DNA of 64,000 nt from Octopus vulgaris (GCA_951406725.2 OX597830.1:49166001-49230000); one strand, 5' to 3'; shown: positions 14,058 to 29,370, counted from the first letter of the stretch. Numbers and translations: made by a program. The notes: generated from the letters alone by a model not told the origin.

Positions 14058-15056
14058 CGTGCGTGCGCACATATGCATTAATACACATTTAGACTAGCAG
14101 AAATAAACGTAGCGTCTGTAAGAGCTGTGATTAAAAAACAAACGACGAAAAAGCGTTGATCTTTCAAACTAACGGTATTAGCAATCAGAACACAATAAAT
14201 CACCAAAATTTAATTTAATGATATTCGCTTTCTTTTTTTTTTATTTCTGTTGTCAGCATAAGCTTTTCCGTTCTTACTTCCGTTCATTCCCACCTGTAGA
14301 ATTCTTCGTTATTTAAACCCTCCCCAACTTCCATGACCTCACGGCTTCCCCTCCTGTTTCACTTTGCGTTCACTTTGCAGTAGAAGGAGAGAACAGTTGT
14401 CCGTATCTCGGTTAATATTTGATAATATCGTACAGCAGCGGGAGAAACTTATGACCACACTTGGCGTACTCTGTATTAAAATTGCGATTAACTCCACTCG
14501 AATTCAAGAAGTACTGATTCAGCACAGGAGTGGAGTTAACAAAAAAACTGTATCCAGAGAATTGCTTGAACATTGTACAAAATGTAATTGCATCAACATA
14601 TAACAAGTAAAGCTTTATTCAGCCATTATACTATCGCTTAAATCCATTGCACTGACATTAAACTACTGCTAATACATCAGTGACATCGCACTAACACATC
14701 TGCCCTACTTCACCTCACTTCTCGCCCCATATTATCACTTCATTTCCACTCTTCAAAATTATCTCCCTTCCTAGATACAAGTCGCACTGACTGAATGTTG
14801 ACACAAGAACACCTGCGGTAAGTTGTACACCGTTGAAACGATCGCATGGAACTACATTACATACATACACACGCATACATACACATACATAACCGTGAGT
14901 TGAATTAAACATATTTTAAAGCAACCTTAAGACTGAAAATATAACATTTACGGTGGTTGGATACTTAATACTGAATGTAGATTAAAATTTATTTTAAAAT
15001 TCTTGTTGACAGGGAACGTTCAGTTTCGCCAGACGGCTTCTTCATATACACACACG

Positions 15057-15089
<33 letters not shown>

Positions 15090-15745
15090 CGTGGATATTA
15101 TTTTGCACTTTTGCGAAATGCGTTTTTTTTCAATATTTTTGCTTGCAATAGCCGGTTCTTTTGGTCGGTTTATCGAATCTCCAGCTGCTTCAGATGCCAA
15201 GATATGAAAATTGTCAAAGTGTAGTACAACGGTTTAGCATTTTTCAAAAGTGCAGTAAGTCCCACATACGACAATTTTGCAAAAATATTTCTGACTGAAA
15301 ATATCATACATGTATTAAGTTACGATTTTATGCACCCGACAAAGTATCATTGCTAAGCTGAAACTGGTGTTAATTTAAAACGACATGGAATGGTGAAACT
15401 ATTCTTTCGTTTTCTGAAAAACGTTTAGGACTCACGACACTTTTGCATAATAGCAACGATATATGTATGTATATTTGTATATACAAATAAAAATTCAATT
15501 GCTATTGTGTTGGTGTACCAAATATAAATAGAAATGAGTCTCAATCAGCTCCTACGATAACTGTTCCGATTGTTTAACAAACGGAACAGCCCACGCATTT
15601 AATTAACGCGTAAGCGGGTGAGTATTCCGGGGGCACGTGTATCCTACTGAGAATCGACGTGACACTGCATAAAAATCTGGCTCCTTGATTTCCATGCGGG
15701 TCCACCCCAGTATATATATATATATATATATATGATTGTTATGAG

Positions 15746-15813
<68 letters not shown>

Positions 15814-16969
15814 TTGCGTAGAATACATGCTAAATAAGCTTGTGGAACATTTGGAACATTTGATGCTGGTAGAAAGTTAATTAAGCGCTAACGTTATTTG
15901 ATGCATCAGGCTTGGAATCGAAAAATTGCAACAAAAATAACCAAATCGATTTTTACTATAGGGAACATATAGAAGGAATTTACAATGTGTAATTACTTTA
16001 ATAATTAAACTAAAAAAAACATAAAGTGCAATTTTATTAATGAAGCTAGCGAATTGAATGGAATGTATTTGTGAATATTTCTGTCTAGTTCTTGAAGAAA
16101 TGTGAGCGAGACGAGAAGTAAATTTTTGGGAAGAAACAAAAATATAATTTCCATTCAAGTTTAAATGAATACAACTGCAGTCTAGTTACCATGAATAAAA
16201 TATACAACTGTCTTTCCTGATGGTACGATCGAAAAATCGAAAAAGAGCTGCCAAAAAAGGGAATAATTTGTATATAAATTAAATTAGAAACCAGACGAAA
16301 GCGAAAAAAAAAAAAAGAAACATTTAAAAAATTGTTTTGGTCTGGAGAAAGGAATGTCCTGTGGCATAGGCCCATAGCCTTCGTGAACCACCCGAGATCG
16401 TTGAAATTGATGTGTATATATATATATATATATATATATCATAAAATCCTGTTGAAATGCTTTCATTTGAAGTACGTTAAGTACAGATGTGAAGTTTGTT
16501 ATCGAGACCCTGAGGCGCAAAGAACATTTTGTATTGAATCGATGTATAAGTCCATTGAATGGATTTATACTTTCAATTTATTGATCAAACCCCACCAAAA
16601 AAGTAGGAGGGATGGAATATTATATAGAGAGGGTGGGAATGAAGGAAGGAAAAATAGAGGGGAAAATACGATATAACAAATGGACAGTGCCAAGGTGATA
16701 TAGATACGGTTCGAATCAAAATGTGATCTTTAACCCAATGAGTATATATCAATGAGTATTCGCACACCCGACATAAAATTTATCCAAATCAGCCAATTTA
16801 ACCAGATTGTCTGCTGTCTTAGAATGTCATCAAATTAATTTTAAAACTTTTTTTGTATTTTTTCAACTTGACCATGCAGGAGTCCCTATACACAAGAAAT
16901 TGTTAAGAAAAACTTGAATGAAGGGCCCTACTCTTTTATAAGATCTGAAATGAAAACACTTAGCACGCG

Positions 16970-17105
16970 TGTTCTACTTATTTTATTGACCCTGAATGGA
17001 TAAAATGTAAAATCGACCTCGGCGGAGTTTGAACTCAGAGCGGTGTGTCGGAAGAATTGCTGTACAACATTTTTCCTGACGCGATATCCATTCTGCTAGG
17101 TTGCC
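16970..17105 (-). mobile_element. SINE family B, degenerate
   Basis: TCGACCTCGGCGGAGTTTGAACTCAGA matches the reverse complement of the family B body. Confidence 0.7.
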
Positions 17106-18536
17106 AACTTAATGTAATACTGAAATAATGAATATACTTTTGATTGCGAAGTAACAAAGGTAAAGAGTTCTCGATGATATGATAAGTAGAACTGAGGTGA
17201 CAGCTGGTCAGAAGTGATAAGTAGGCCAAATGTGAAAGAAAAGCTAAATCAAGTTTACCACGGATAACTCCATGTAAAAAAAGTCACCGCGTAAGCAAGT
17301 TGTTTAAATTTCCAACATTTTTTAAAATCAGCGTTGTGTATCTTCAATAAATCAACTTGGCTCAGACCATTACATTTTAAATCAAACATTTAATATCAAG
17401 GTAACGAAATTATCACTCAACAATCGGTGATTCCGCTGTCATCAAATATCATATATGCACATATCTGGGACGTGAGTGCGATAGTCTATAATGAACGTTA
17501 TTTGGTTTAACAATAAGATACCTTAATTGTAAGATCTTGCACCGCCAAGAGTTGCGATAACCGTAACAGGGTGGGTGAGGCCTTTCAGAGAAATTAAGAT
17601 TAATTGTGCAATAAGCTACTAAGGTACCTATACAGTTCAATCAAGTAATTCATATATGTATGTATATCTGTCTGTCTGTCTGTCTGTATGTGTGTGTGTA
17701 TATGTATGTATGTGTGTGTGTATATGTATGTATGTATGTGTGTATATGTATGTATATATGTATATATATATAAATAAATATATATATAATTATATAATGC
17801 TAAATCGACAGAAAACTTTAAATTACAGCGTGGAAGCCTGTCCGTGGGGCAGCTTGAACTGTGTTTGCTCTGCTGTACTTGACTCGAAGGCTTTTCCGTG
17901 GATTAAAAAACATTTCTGTCCGCCTTCGTTTGACTAAGTAATTTAGTAAAAACAGTTAAAAAAATAATAATAATAAAAATAAAGCTGGGGAGTGTCTCAT
18001 GTGTTTTCCAATCGATTTAACAGAAATTGTATCAATTATATAGTGAAAGCTTTTGCCTGTTCAGCATAGGAAGCTAGCATTTACGTCGGCGGTTATATCC
18101 TTGCAAATGTAACCTATTAACAATAAAAAGTATATATATTTGGCAATTAACAATATAATCTTTATATGGCATTGGCTGTAATTTACAGTTTTCGGTCGGT
18201 TTAGCATAAAGATTAATCAAATAAATAACTCGAGTGAGCTCGATGGAGACATCTTTGTGGCTTTTCTTAAATTTTTCATAAATAACAATGAATGCATACA
18301 CTCACACCGAAACATTCATATACAGATGCACAGACACAGAGACCCATCTACAGAACTTGGTGTACAGGCTTGTATGTGTGTTTATATGTGTCTGTGTATA
18401 TAGAAGACACATATTTAATGGTATTATCGATTGTGAATTTGAAATATTGGAAATAATTACAGACTATGATATTTTCTATTTAGAATCGATACACATTTTA
18501 CATACACATGCAGGCACACATAGACTCACAGTCATG

Positions 18537-18567
<31 letters not shown>

Positions 18568-19104
18568 ATGAACATGTGATATGCATAGTTAAATGTCTGT
18601 GTACAAACGTATTTTATTAAACAGATACAAGTTTATGATTGCATGGAAAGGAAATTTAATTCTTATATGATATGAACGGTATAGCAAGCAGAATAATGGG
18701 AGTGCATTCGAGAAATCAATACCTAGATACATACAGGTGTGTACACATGTATACACACACACAAACACACACACACACGCACACACACACACAGATACAT
18801 ATACACAAACATATACAGATAGACATAAATACACGTTACTTATTGATAAACAAACTTATCTTCTCAAATCACTTAAGAGTTCCAAATTACTAGCATAAAA
18901 CTTGACCCTCTGGTCAATAGAGCAACCTCACATCATAGGTCACATCTCGCATGCATGTTATAAAGAGAAACACCGCATGCGATACATATATGTTATGTAT
19001 GTGATATGTATGTATGTAAATATCTGTATATGCAAATGTACTCTAACCAGGTCCTTGTCCCTTACAAATAATGATAACTTCTCAGTATATATATATATAT
19101 ATAT

Positions 19105-19470
19105 GAGTGGCTGTGTGGTAAGTAGCTTGCTAACCAGCCACATGGTTCCGGGTTCAGTCCCACTGCGTGGCATCTTGGGCAAGTGTCTTCTGCTATAGCC
19201 TCGGGCCGACCAAAGCCTTGTGAGTGGATTTGGTAGACGGAAACTGAAAGAAGCCTGTCGTATATATGTATATATATGTGTATGTGTGTGTGTGTGTGTG
19301 TATGTTTGTGTGTCTGTGTTTGTCCCATCTAGCAGTTCGGCAAAACAGACCGATAAAATAAGTACTGGGCTTACAAAGAATAAGTCTTGTGGTCGATTTG
19401 CTCGACTAAAGGCGGTGCTCCAGCATGGCCGCAGTCAAATGACTGAAACAAGTAAAAGAGTAAAAGAGTA
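19105..19470 (+). mobile_element. SINE family A copy with internal deletion, flanked by (TA)n
   Basis: High identity to 10232 and 54466. Confidence 0.92.
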
Positions 19471-19662
19471 TATATGATGAAGGGTCTTTCTTTATGTTGT
19501 TTGTTTTGTTTTCCATTTGTGTCTTCCGTTGTTCGAAAGAATAGTTCATGTTCCATGAACTCGTGCTTCGTACATTTTTGTTGTACATGTTTCGTGACGT
19601 CCTGTGCCCACAGTTGCACATATATATACGTATGTATACATACATATATATATCTTTATATA

Positions 19663-19703
<41 letters not shown>

Positions 19704-20789
19704 ATTATGATATATATATACATACATATACATATATACATATATATATGCATGTATGTATGTGTGTGTGCATGTGTCTTCTTTTTGCCCGCTCTTACTT
19801 CCTCCTCCCATACATTTAGATAACACTAATTTTAAGTGGTTTTTTTTTTTAATTAATAACCAAATTAAAATTAACTTCTCTTATCCTGATTACCTTCAAA
19901 TTGCCAGCCTTCACACTGATTGTCTCATGTTAATCGCTGTCCAACTTCCCACTTTTCTGACCCCACCATCCCTTATTATAAAATCTTTTTCTTCCCTCTA
20001 TTACTCTCCACTTCCTTATTCTTCGACTTTCTTCTCCTCTCTGTCTTTGTCTCCTCCTCTCTCGTACAACTCCTAATCTATTCGATATCGTCAATAAAGG
20101 ACGGAAAGCTAATCACGTATTGACAAAGATTCCTACAAGTAATGTTAGGCTTTTTCAGCTTTTTCCTACCTTACCTTTTTTGCTCATATCACACTATACT
20201 GATTATAAAAACGGAACTACGTATAACAAAATGTAGTCCTGCATACATTATATTTGAAGTAAAAGAGTGATAGTTAGGGCCGGAACGCCCTTTTTCTAAG
20301 GTATGATGTGTTAGGGCCCACTTGTACCAAAACAATGACTTACTACAGAAATACGAAGTTATTATTAATATTTTATATTCATAAAACCTCTCTTCATTGA
20401 CAAATTCATTTCTCGTAGAGCTACAATGCTCCTAGTCTATTCATCAATGCTTTATTCCTCTGTTGGTTTCAGTCATCAGATTCTGCCCATGCTACAGTTC
20501 AGGGTGATCATTTGGGGTTTAATACTTCTTTCGGTATAGAATTTGTTTTATCGTTCTCAGCATATCGAATGGCTCACGTTTATAATTTGCATTCTGTTAT
20601 ATAATACACGCGCATTCGCATATTGCTACGTGTGATGTCACAGACAGAAAAATGAGGACTCAATATGAAAAATAGAATCGATATATTTTATGACCTAAGA
20701 GAAGACAAACTAATTGACCTGACACTCACAGAACATTTTAGCGTGAAGCAGCCGTTCAGTTAGTCTATATATGTATATGGTATGCTTCC

Positions 20790-20900
20790 GAACAGTTTCC
20801 GTCTACTAAATTTCACTTACAATCCTCTGGTGAAGCCGAGGCGACAAGTGACAACTCTCCCTTGCACCACATGGGTGAATCAAACCCAGAACCATATAAA
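20790..20900 (-). mobile_element. SINE family A, old degenerate fragment
   Basis: CAGTTTCCGTCTACTAAATTTCACTTACAA matches the family A reverse strand. Confidence 0.55.
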
Positions 20901-21359
20901 CATCTAAATTGATCTGTCATGACCTAAATATCGAATCTAAATACCTACAGAGAATCTCTTTGTTAGGTTTCTTCGAATAATTCCACACAACCAGCTTACC
21001 TTATCTTATCTCACTTCCATGTATTTCTACTACCTCACCATGTATTTATACACCAGAACCATGTAGCTATCACACGCAATCATGGTAAAATATTACGCTC
21101 CATTTTGCTTTTGTTCGGTTATCTTCCAATTAAATATTTCAGTATATGAAAGATTTGTTAAAATTTCAGTAAAATTCCCAAAGAGAATTTTAAGAAATTC
21201 TCAGTGAATCAACTTAATTTCCATGTTATTGTCAGACAGCAAAACAGCGTTCAGTTAGAAAACAAGTCAGTTTCGTAAACAAGCTTGATTATAATTGTGA
21301 AATATTTGTCACGGCAGAAAATCATTCGAAGAATATAAATATGGATCGGCGATATAATT

Positions 21360-21490
21360 AGAACTATTAGAACGGAAACTAAATACCCAAAGGCATGATA
21401 CCCAATATTCTGAGTTCAAATCTCGCCGCGAACAACGTCACCTTTCATGTTTTTGGAGTCGATAAAATAACGTAGCAGTAATGTATTGAG
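21360..21490 (+). mobile_element. SINE family B, degenerate
   Basis: TTCTGAGTTCAAATCTCGCCG..CCTTTCAT..GTCGATAAAATAA. Confidence 0.65.
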
Positions 21491-21809
21491 GTTAGTTTTT
21501 AAAATGCCATAATTTTCTCTAAGCCTCGTCATTTCTTGTCATTTCTGAACATTTTTTCATCAAATGACACTTATTTCAGTCTTCCCAAAGTATGCGCTAA
21601 AGACAAGTTCTACAGAAGCTGATTTGTATCGATCTATTGATAACATCCAGTGAAGTTTGACGAACCAAACATTCGATATTCAATCAGTAAGAATTTATCT
21701 TCAAATTAAACAAGTTTTGCCATTGCGTAGCTGAATTAAATATTTAACGTGTTAGAAATATTTTCAACGATTAATAAAGCATCTAATATATTAATAATCT
21801 CAGAGTCTC

Positions 21810-21930
21810 AGCTTCGGAGAAGCGTGTAATCGATCATATCGATTCAAATGTTTGACTGGTAGTATATTTTTGCGATTGTAGAAAGATGAAAAGCAAAGTT
21901 GACCTCGTTAGGATTTGAACTTAGAACATC
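21810..21930 (-). mobile_element. SINE family B, degenerate
   Basis: GATGAAAAGCAAAGTTGACCTCG..ATTTGAACT. Confidence 0.6.
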
Positions 21931-23130
21931 ACTTTTAAATGCAGCTTAAATACTCTTAGCTGTCACTCAAACGCAAAAAGCCAACCTACCCCCACCCCAC
22001 CTGTATTAAAACAGGCTTCAACAGATTTCACTAATTAGCAGCTGTGCAAGGGTGAATGACCGAAAAATCATATTAGCTGCCAAGTAGGATCCAACGGGCA
22101 TAGAATTTCTTTGAAACACGACTGCAATATTGAATATGATAGAGATAAACGGTTACATTCATAATGTATCGATAAACTCCACTATAAATGGTTCCCTTTT
22201 ATCGAAGCTAACTACCCAATATTCTACTCACAGAACAGACATATTGTCTCGTCAATATCATTTGTGGCTATAATGGTGGACTATCAAACCATACGCAGCA
22301 TTGCTCAGACAATTTGTGATTCATCAACGTAATTAATAGTATCTTGAAATTGCTAATTACATCTATAAATTGAATCACATCTAAGAACTGGCTTTAAGAC
22401 ATAGCGATATTGTGGCTTATGAAGAGTGGGAAGAGAAATTGTTGATATTATGCTCTCACACAAATATATATCCTTCTCTCTTTCAACACACACAGACAAG
22501 CACACAGAACACAGAGATTCACACACATACACACACCATGTATATATATATGTATATGGGTGAACCTATAAATTTCGCTGTACATTACTTGAAATGTAGT
22601 TAGGGACGAGGTCAGTAAGAAAGAGATATTTGATGGAATATGGAGAGAAGATTGCGAATAGACGGTCGTAATTCTCTGACTGGAAATTTGTCAGAATTCT
22701 CTGACAAAGGTCTGATAAATATGTAATTAGAACAATATTTACAATACAGCATGTAAATATACCACTTATAATAGGAATAATGAAACAATGTCGCTTTCCA
22801 TAATTACTTAATTGGAACATTGTGTATTTGTGTGAGTGGAGGGTGGGATTTAAATATAAACAAAATAATCGATCATACAGAGTAGAATATAGGGTTCAAT
22901 ACTGAATGTAGGACCAGATGAATGTTTAATGTGAATGACGCTTACTGAGATCTATATCCGATCCCGGCTTCCAATAACAGTCTGTTTTGGTAGTTAGTAT
23001 CGGCTATATTTCCAGGGATTTTGCATTATTATTAACACATACACACACACACGAACACAGATTGGAACATGTAAGTATACGTGTAAGTACAACAAAGTGC
23101 ATTTATTATTATTATTATTATTATTAATTT

Positions 23131-23533
<403 letters not shown>

Positions 23534-23567
23534 CACGTTCTCGTCATTTGATATGTACATATAAATA

Positions 23568-23616
<49 letters not shown>

Positions 23617-23617
23617 T

Positions 23618-23653
<36 letters not shown>

Positions 23654-23724
23654 AATGGCGGTGCCCCAGCATGGCCACAGCTCATTAGCTGAAACTGGAG
23701 AAATCAAAATCAAAATCATATATG

Positions 23725-23794
<70 letters not shown>

Positions 23795-23812
23795 TATGTA
23801 TGTATATACATG

Positions 23813-23871
<59 letters not shown>

Positions 23872-23892
23872 ACATATATATATATATATAAA

Positions 23893-24314
23893 GATGAAAT
23901 TAAATAGAGAGATACAATTGACAATCCAATAATTTATATCTCTACTATAATATAACATAATATGAGATAGCATAAAGAATTATTAAAACATGAAGAGGTC
24001 AACAATTTGTTTCGACTTAAATTGTTTCGACAAAATTCCATGTGAAAGGACGGCTGGATTGTAAACAAATCCAGCCGTCCTTTCACATGGAATTTCGTCT
24101 ATTTTAAACTCTGGCTCTAACGAAGCTTATATATAAGGGAATTGTTTATATATCAAAAAATGTATATATATATATATGTCGAAAAATTGTTGGCCTTTTG
24201 ATATCTTAATTGTTTATGCTCACATTATGTTATATTAGGTTCATAGTATATTATGTTATATTATAATATAAATATATTGTTAGATTGTCAATTGTGTCTC
24301 TATTTAAATTTATC
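23893..24314. repeat. Nested inverted repeat: perfect 28-bp-arm hairpin (24033-24095) inside an imperfect ~120-bp outer inverted repeat
   Basis: AAATTCCATGTGAAAGGACGGCTGGATT-gtaaaca-AATCCAGCCGTCCTTTCACATGGAATTT; outer arms ~23893-24016 and ~24178-24314 (e.g. ACAATTGACAATC / GATTGTCAATTGT). Confidence 0.9.
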
Positions 24315-24434
24315 GTTCTAAATTGCATTATACCCATATTTATTTTGTATTAAACTGACGTACTAGTGAACTGAATGTTTCACACATCCATTTGAATTAT
24401 CTTCCTTAATTTGTTAATTTATATATGTGAGTAT

Positions 24435-24472
<38 letters not shown>

Positions 24473-24706
24473 CAAATGATGAGAAAGTTGGTACACGGTA
24501 TTTCTCGTTAAGTGTGATATGCAAATAGTATGGAGGTGAACGTGGAGTAATTGCAAACATTTGCCCTGTTATTGCCTGAAAAATCGTACGCAGCGCGCGA
24601 AAAAACTATGCGTATCCTCAAAGAGAATGATTATGTTCTTGTCCCCAATAAATATAAACTCCACAACATGTATTAAGTTTTCTTTATTTTGTTTGCAACA
24701 TAAAAC

Positions 24707-24786
<80 letters not shown>

Positions 24787-25802
24787 CATACATATATATA
24801 TATATGTATATAAATATGTGTGTATGTATATCTATATATACATATTTGTACATGTATATCATTATTTTTTCCTTTTATTTTACTTTGTTCACAAATAACA
24901 CGCGGAGAATACGTGATAGTAATTACAATAACAAGGACAGATCTTAAAATATCTGATGTATATTAACATATTTTACTATTTTTTTTAGATACTATTAATT
25001 TTGAGTAAAGTATGAATGTACATTGTATGAAGATATCGGAAGACAACTTCACCGTATTGTTGTTTGGCTGGAAAGAAACATAATAAACGGAATACACAGA
25101 GTAAATAGAAAGCACCACAAATACGTTGGCATTTATACACACATTCATACACAGACATACTTAAGATATATCATACAATAATTTACAACAATAGTTGATA
25201 GTGACAACGATCTCTAACGGAAATACAGACATGCATACATACAATATTACACACTTATAGACATTCATACATATACATAAGAGTGTATGTATGTATATAT
25301 TCAGCTGATTAAAAATATGGGCGAAATTTCAAACTTTCTCTAAATTCTTTACTTCATGATTTTTAAGTTTTCGATAAAAATAAAATATAGATTGTCATTT
25401 TCAATAATGACTTATATGATTATCTGTTAAAATATTTTGTAGATCGTTTTAGAATTCTGAATAACCGACGAATAATCATAAAATATTATTTCGCTTTTGT
25501 AAAAATAAAGTTTTTTTGTTGAATATAGAATTGATTTTATTTAAACTAACTAATATTGCCTAACTGGAAGATTTTTATGTTTTCATTTATAGTTTCTAAA
25601 TGGAATAAATAGGTATGGAATAATATCTTGTCTACAAATGTAGCAATATGAACAGTAGCTGCTATGAAGAATTCATTTAAAATAGTTCCATATGGCCTCA
25701 GAAATGCAGTTCCTTTGTTGCTTTTTGTATTAAAAGTATGGAAATATGTATAAAATATTCCCAAATTTTCAAATCGATGAAGTATTTTGGAAATACAACT
25801 AA

Positions 25803-25869
<67 letters not shown>

Positions 25870-26871
25870 TATATATATAATTTGTTTTTATGAATTATAT
25901 ATATGTATATATAATTTATTTTAATGAATTGAATGTATTATACGTGTTCTTTGTTAGGTGATAACACGTGAATATAAACTGGACAATTTTATCTCATGGA
26001 AGGAACTTCTGTTACATGGATTTGTTTATTATTTATTTTTATTACTATCATTTATTTTAACTTAACGAAAAAGCCCAGCATTCACTATGATTTATAATTG
26101 TGTAAAACCGTGTTTAGAATAATTGATAATGGATATAATGCGTGATAGCATAGATATATAAAAGAAATGTGAAAATGAACCAGGTAAATCTACCACAAAT
26201 AATTACAACCCATTTTAGATTGTGTGACACACACAAATGAACCAAATAAACGAAGATATGAACCACAGTGAATCGCCATAAAATATATCAAATATTTCAT
26301 ATTTTCAGGAAAGTTAATGGCGATCCTTGCTTATTTGAAATATATAATGATCAAATAAACAAAATATAATATTATTTAATAAAGTAGTATTAATTCCAGA
26401 CTATTTTTATACATTTACACAGAAGATATTTAATTTGTAGAATATTTTAACAATAGAAATAAACATAAAAATTGCTTATTTAACTTGATCTATGATACTA
26501 TTGATATTTCGAAGCGATCAAAATGATGTTTGTAAACAAATATATTTATTAAATTGTCAATAAGTTTTAGTGTTAATATACTGAAAAATATCTATTTATT
26601 TATTGGAATGCTAATCATAATTATTATATACAAAATAGTGATGCATACACATACACATTCTTACTATATATATATATATAGTATATATATGATTGTTCTA
26701 CTGACATGTTGGGAAAAATATGGAACAAATTCTAATATGAAATTTCGGCCTCCCTACTATTGCAATGAAAACTGATTAGAACAATATATAGCAAGTTACA
26801 TTATCTTCTTTGTAAAATATTAGAGCAATAAGTCTAGAATTTTGTATAGTAAGGTTCCAGTATTTTACTAC

Positions 26872-26923
<52 letters not shown>

Positions 26924-27051
26924 GTGTATGTGGATATATATTTTTACAGTATAAGCATTTATATATTTGTACATATATATTTATACATGCATATATATAG
27001 ATAAGCATATGCATATACACGTGTATATAAAAGTATATATGTACACAACTG

Positions 27052-27090
<39 letters not shown>

Positions 27091-29081
27091 GTGTATGTAC
27101 GAATGTGTGTGCGTGTGTGCGTGTGTGTTTATATATTTATGATATTTATATCGTAGACTTAAGCTGTAAAAATAACATTTGGTTTCATTTCTTACTAAAA
27201 AAATGAGTTAAATGTTTAGAAATAAACAACCTATTCAGACGCGTACTTTCATATTAGCTTGCATCTATTAACATTCACACACACAGACAGACAGAGAAGC
27301 ACACACACACACACAGAAACACAACTCTCACACATAACTCTCCCATACAGCCCAACTGACATCAGATCACACTCATACACACACACACACTCTTTTACAC
27401 TCACGCACACATTGAAATGTCCTAGTTTAGCACCTCAATTTATTTAGTGAAAAATAACTCCATTTTATTGACGGTGGTTCTTTATGGAACTAATTAGTCA
27501 TAACAGTATGAGGGACGTTTCTGATAATGGAAACAAGAAATACATCATTACTGAATTTTGTCTGATGTTAATATCTCTATGTTTCACTTCTATATATTTA
27601 AATAGATCCGTATGATATTTTTCTATATATATAAAAATATGTTTCACCTTAACAGCCAGTAGTTAATTACGTGTGAAATATTTCATAGATGAAATATTTT
27701 AAAATTGGTATTTTAATGAAAATATTGGAATGTAGGTCACAGTTTCCTCCATTTACTTACATGTGTCAGTATAATTGAGCAGCAAAAAAAGAAAGTATGT
27801 ATATATGTAGTATGTATGTATGTATGTGTGTGTGTATGTATGTATTTATTTCTCAAAAAGCTATGCAAGTTTCATTTACTATATGATCGACATATTTAAT
27901 ACGCATATTTAAAAAATAATTTAAGGTTTTTGATTGAATAGTTCTCTTATTTAGTAAATTAAAAGGTATAACATTCTACTAATTTGTCTACTAATTCAGT
28001 GGTTATGTTATATTTCTACAATAAAAAATATCTATTTTCAGGAATGTTAACTCACACCCTTCCCCATCTTTAGCTTGAGCCTTGCACATTAGATATTTCA
28101 TGGAATTCGTTCGATATTGTTTTGAAAAAGTAAGAGGAAAAAGAAAACTAAAAGGAAATGTATTCTGGTCTTCATTCTGTATGCAGAAAATAAATTCAAG
28201 CAAGACCCAATGAAAAATATCATGATATTAAGTATAAACAATAGAATTTTTATAACCAAGTCTAGGTTTCGTTTTATTTTCCCCTCCATAAGTGTTTCTT
28301 TTTTTTTTTTTTTGAAAGAATAATTGCTTAACTATCACAAAAACAATATAACGAAAACAATAAAATATAACAGCAATATTAATACCGAAATAACAATGAA
28401 ATCTGAAGGCCAATAACAATCATTTTCAACTTTTTCAATATATTCAATAAAAGGATTTTAGAAAGATTGTTACTTTCTGAAAATTTTCAGATTCTTCCAA
28501 TTTCTTAATATTTATTAATTTTGATTCCTCACCGATTCAAAGAACTGGGATTACAAACAGATAGGAAGCCTTTCGTATGACAATGTAAAATGCTATTTGA
28601 TATATGCACTCACATACATGTATATAATCTACATTAAGAGATATGCTTTTGTATATACATATATATATATGGTGTGTATGATAATAGTAAATGTTGATTC
28701 TTTTGGGTGTTACTTTGAAAGATTGTATTGTGCATCAGTATTAAATACACATATTTGACAATTTATATATATATATATCATATATATATATATATAATGT
28801 ACATATGTAGATGTATGTATATTTGTATGTGTATGGATGTATATAAACGTATGCGTTATTATATGAACATATGCATATTTGAATATACTTTTGCTATTTC
28901 TTGACGGTCATAACTCGAGGTGAAATTATATGCTCAATGACGAGAGATTTTCGACCAAAATTTAACACTTGTTTCCAAATGAAAACAGTGACTGGAGCTT
29001 CTTCATCAATTAACATTGCTCACAAAACTTTGTGTCACTTGTTCCGAGGTGAACATACAAAATAACTTTTTTTTGTTATTC

Positions 29082-29339
29082 TTAGAAGTTCATCGAAGAC
29101 CTCCGTACCTGCTCTGTGGGTACAGGAATGTCAAGTGTTAATTGGTTGATACAAGGCGACGACTGCCGTCGAGGAGCATACTTATCACGGTAGTATTTCT
29201 CGAGTTCGTTGTGGCGTTTCGTTTTCATATATTCAGTTACTTGAACACTTTGCTTCCGTTTCCGGTTATACTGCACCGATTTCGCCTCAACTGGTTCAAG
29301 ACCGACAGTTTTTAAACAGCTACTGACCATATCACCCAT
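29082..29339 (-). CDS. Small (85 aa) uncharacterised protein, predicted N-myristoylated/palmitoylated phosphoprotein
   Basis: Only non-repeat, non-TE ORF with protein-like composition. Start context CAACACA-ATG-G with an in-frame TAA 18 nt upstream; MGxxxSSC N-terminus; RKQS, RRQS and RRSS motifs; polypyrimidine-CAG acceptor at 29740-41. Confidence 0.6.
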   Translation of the reverse strand: MGDMVSSCLKTVGLEPVEAKSVQYNRKRKQSVQVTEYMKTKRHNELEKYYRDKYAPRRQSSPCINQLTLDIPVPTEQVRRSSMNF

Positions 29340-29370
29340 TGTGTTGATATTAGATAATTAACTGAGGAAA

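Noticed and set aside
15090-15450. Possible MITE with internal inverted motifs (GCACTTTTG / CAAAAGTGC)
   Set aside because: Termini and TSD could not be defined by eye.
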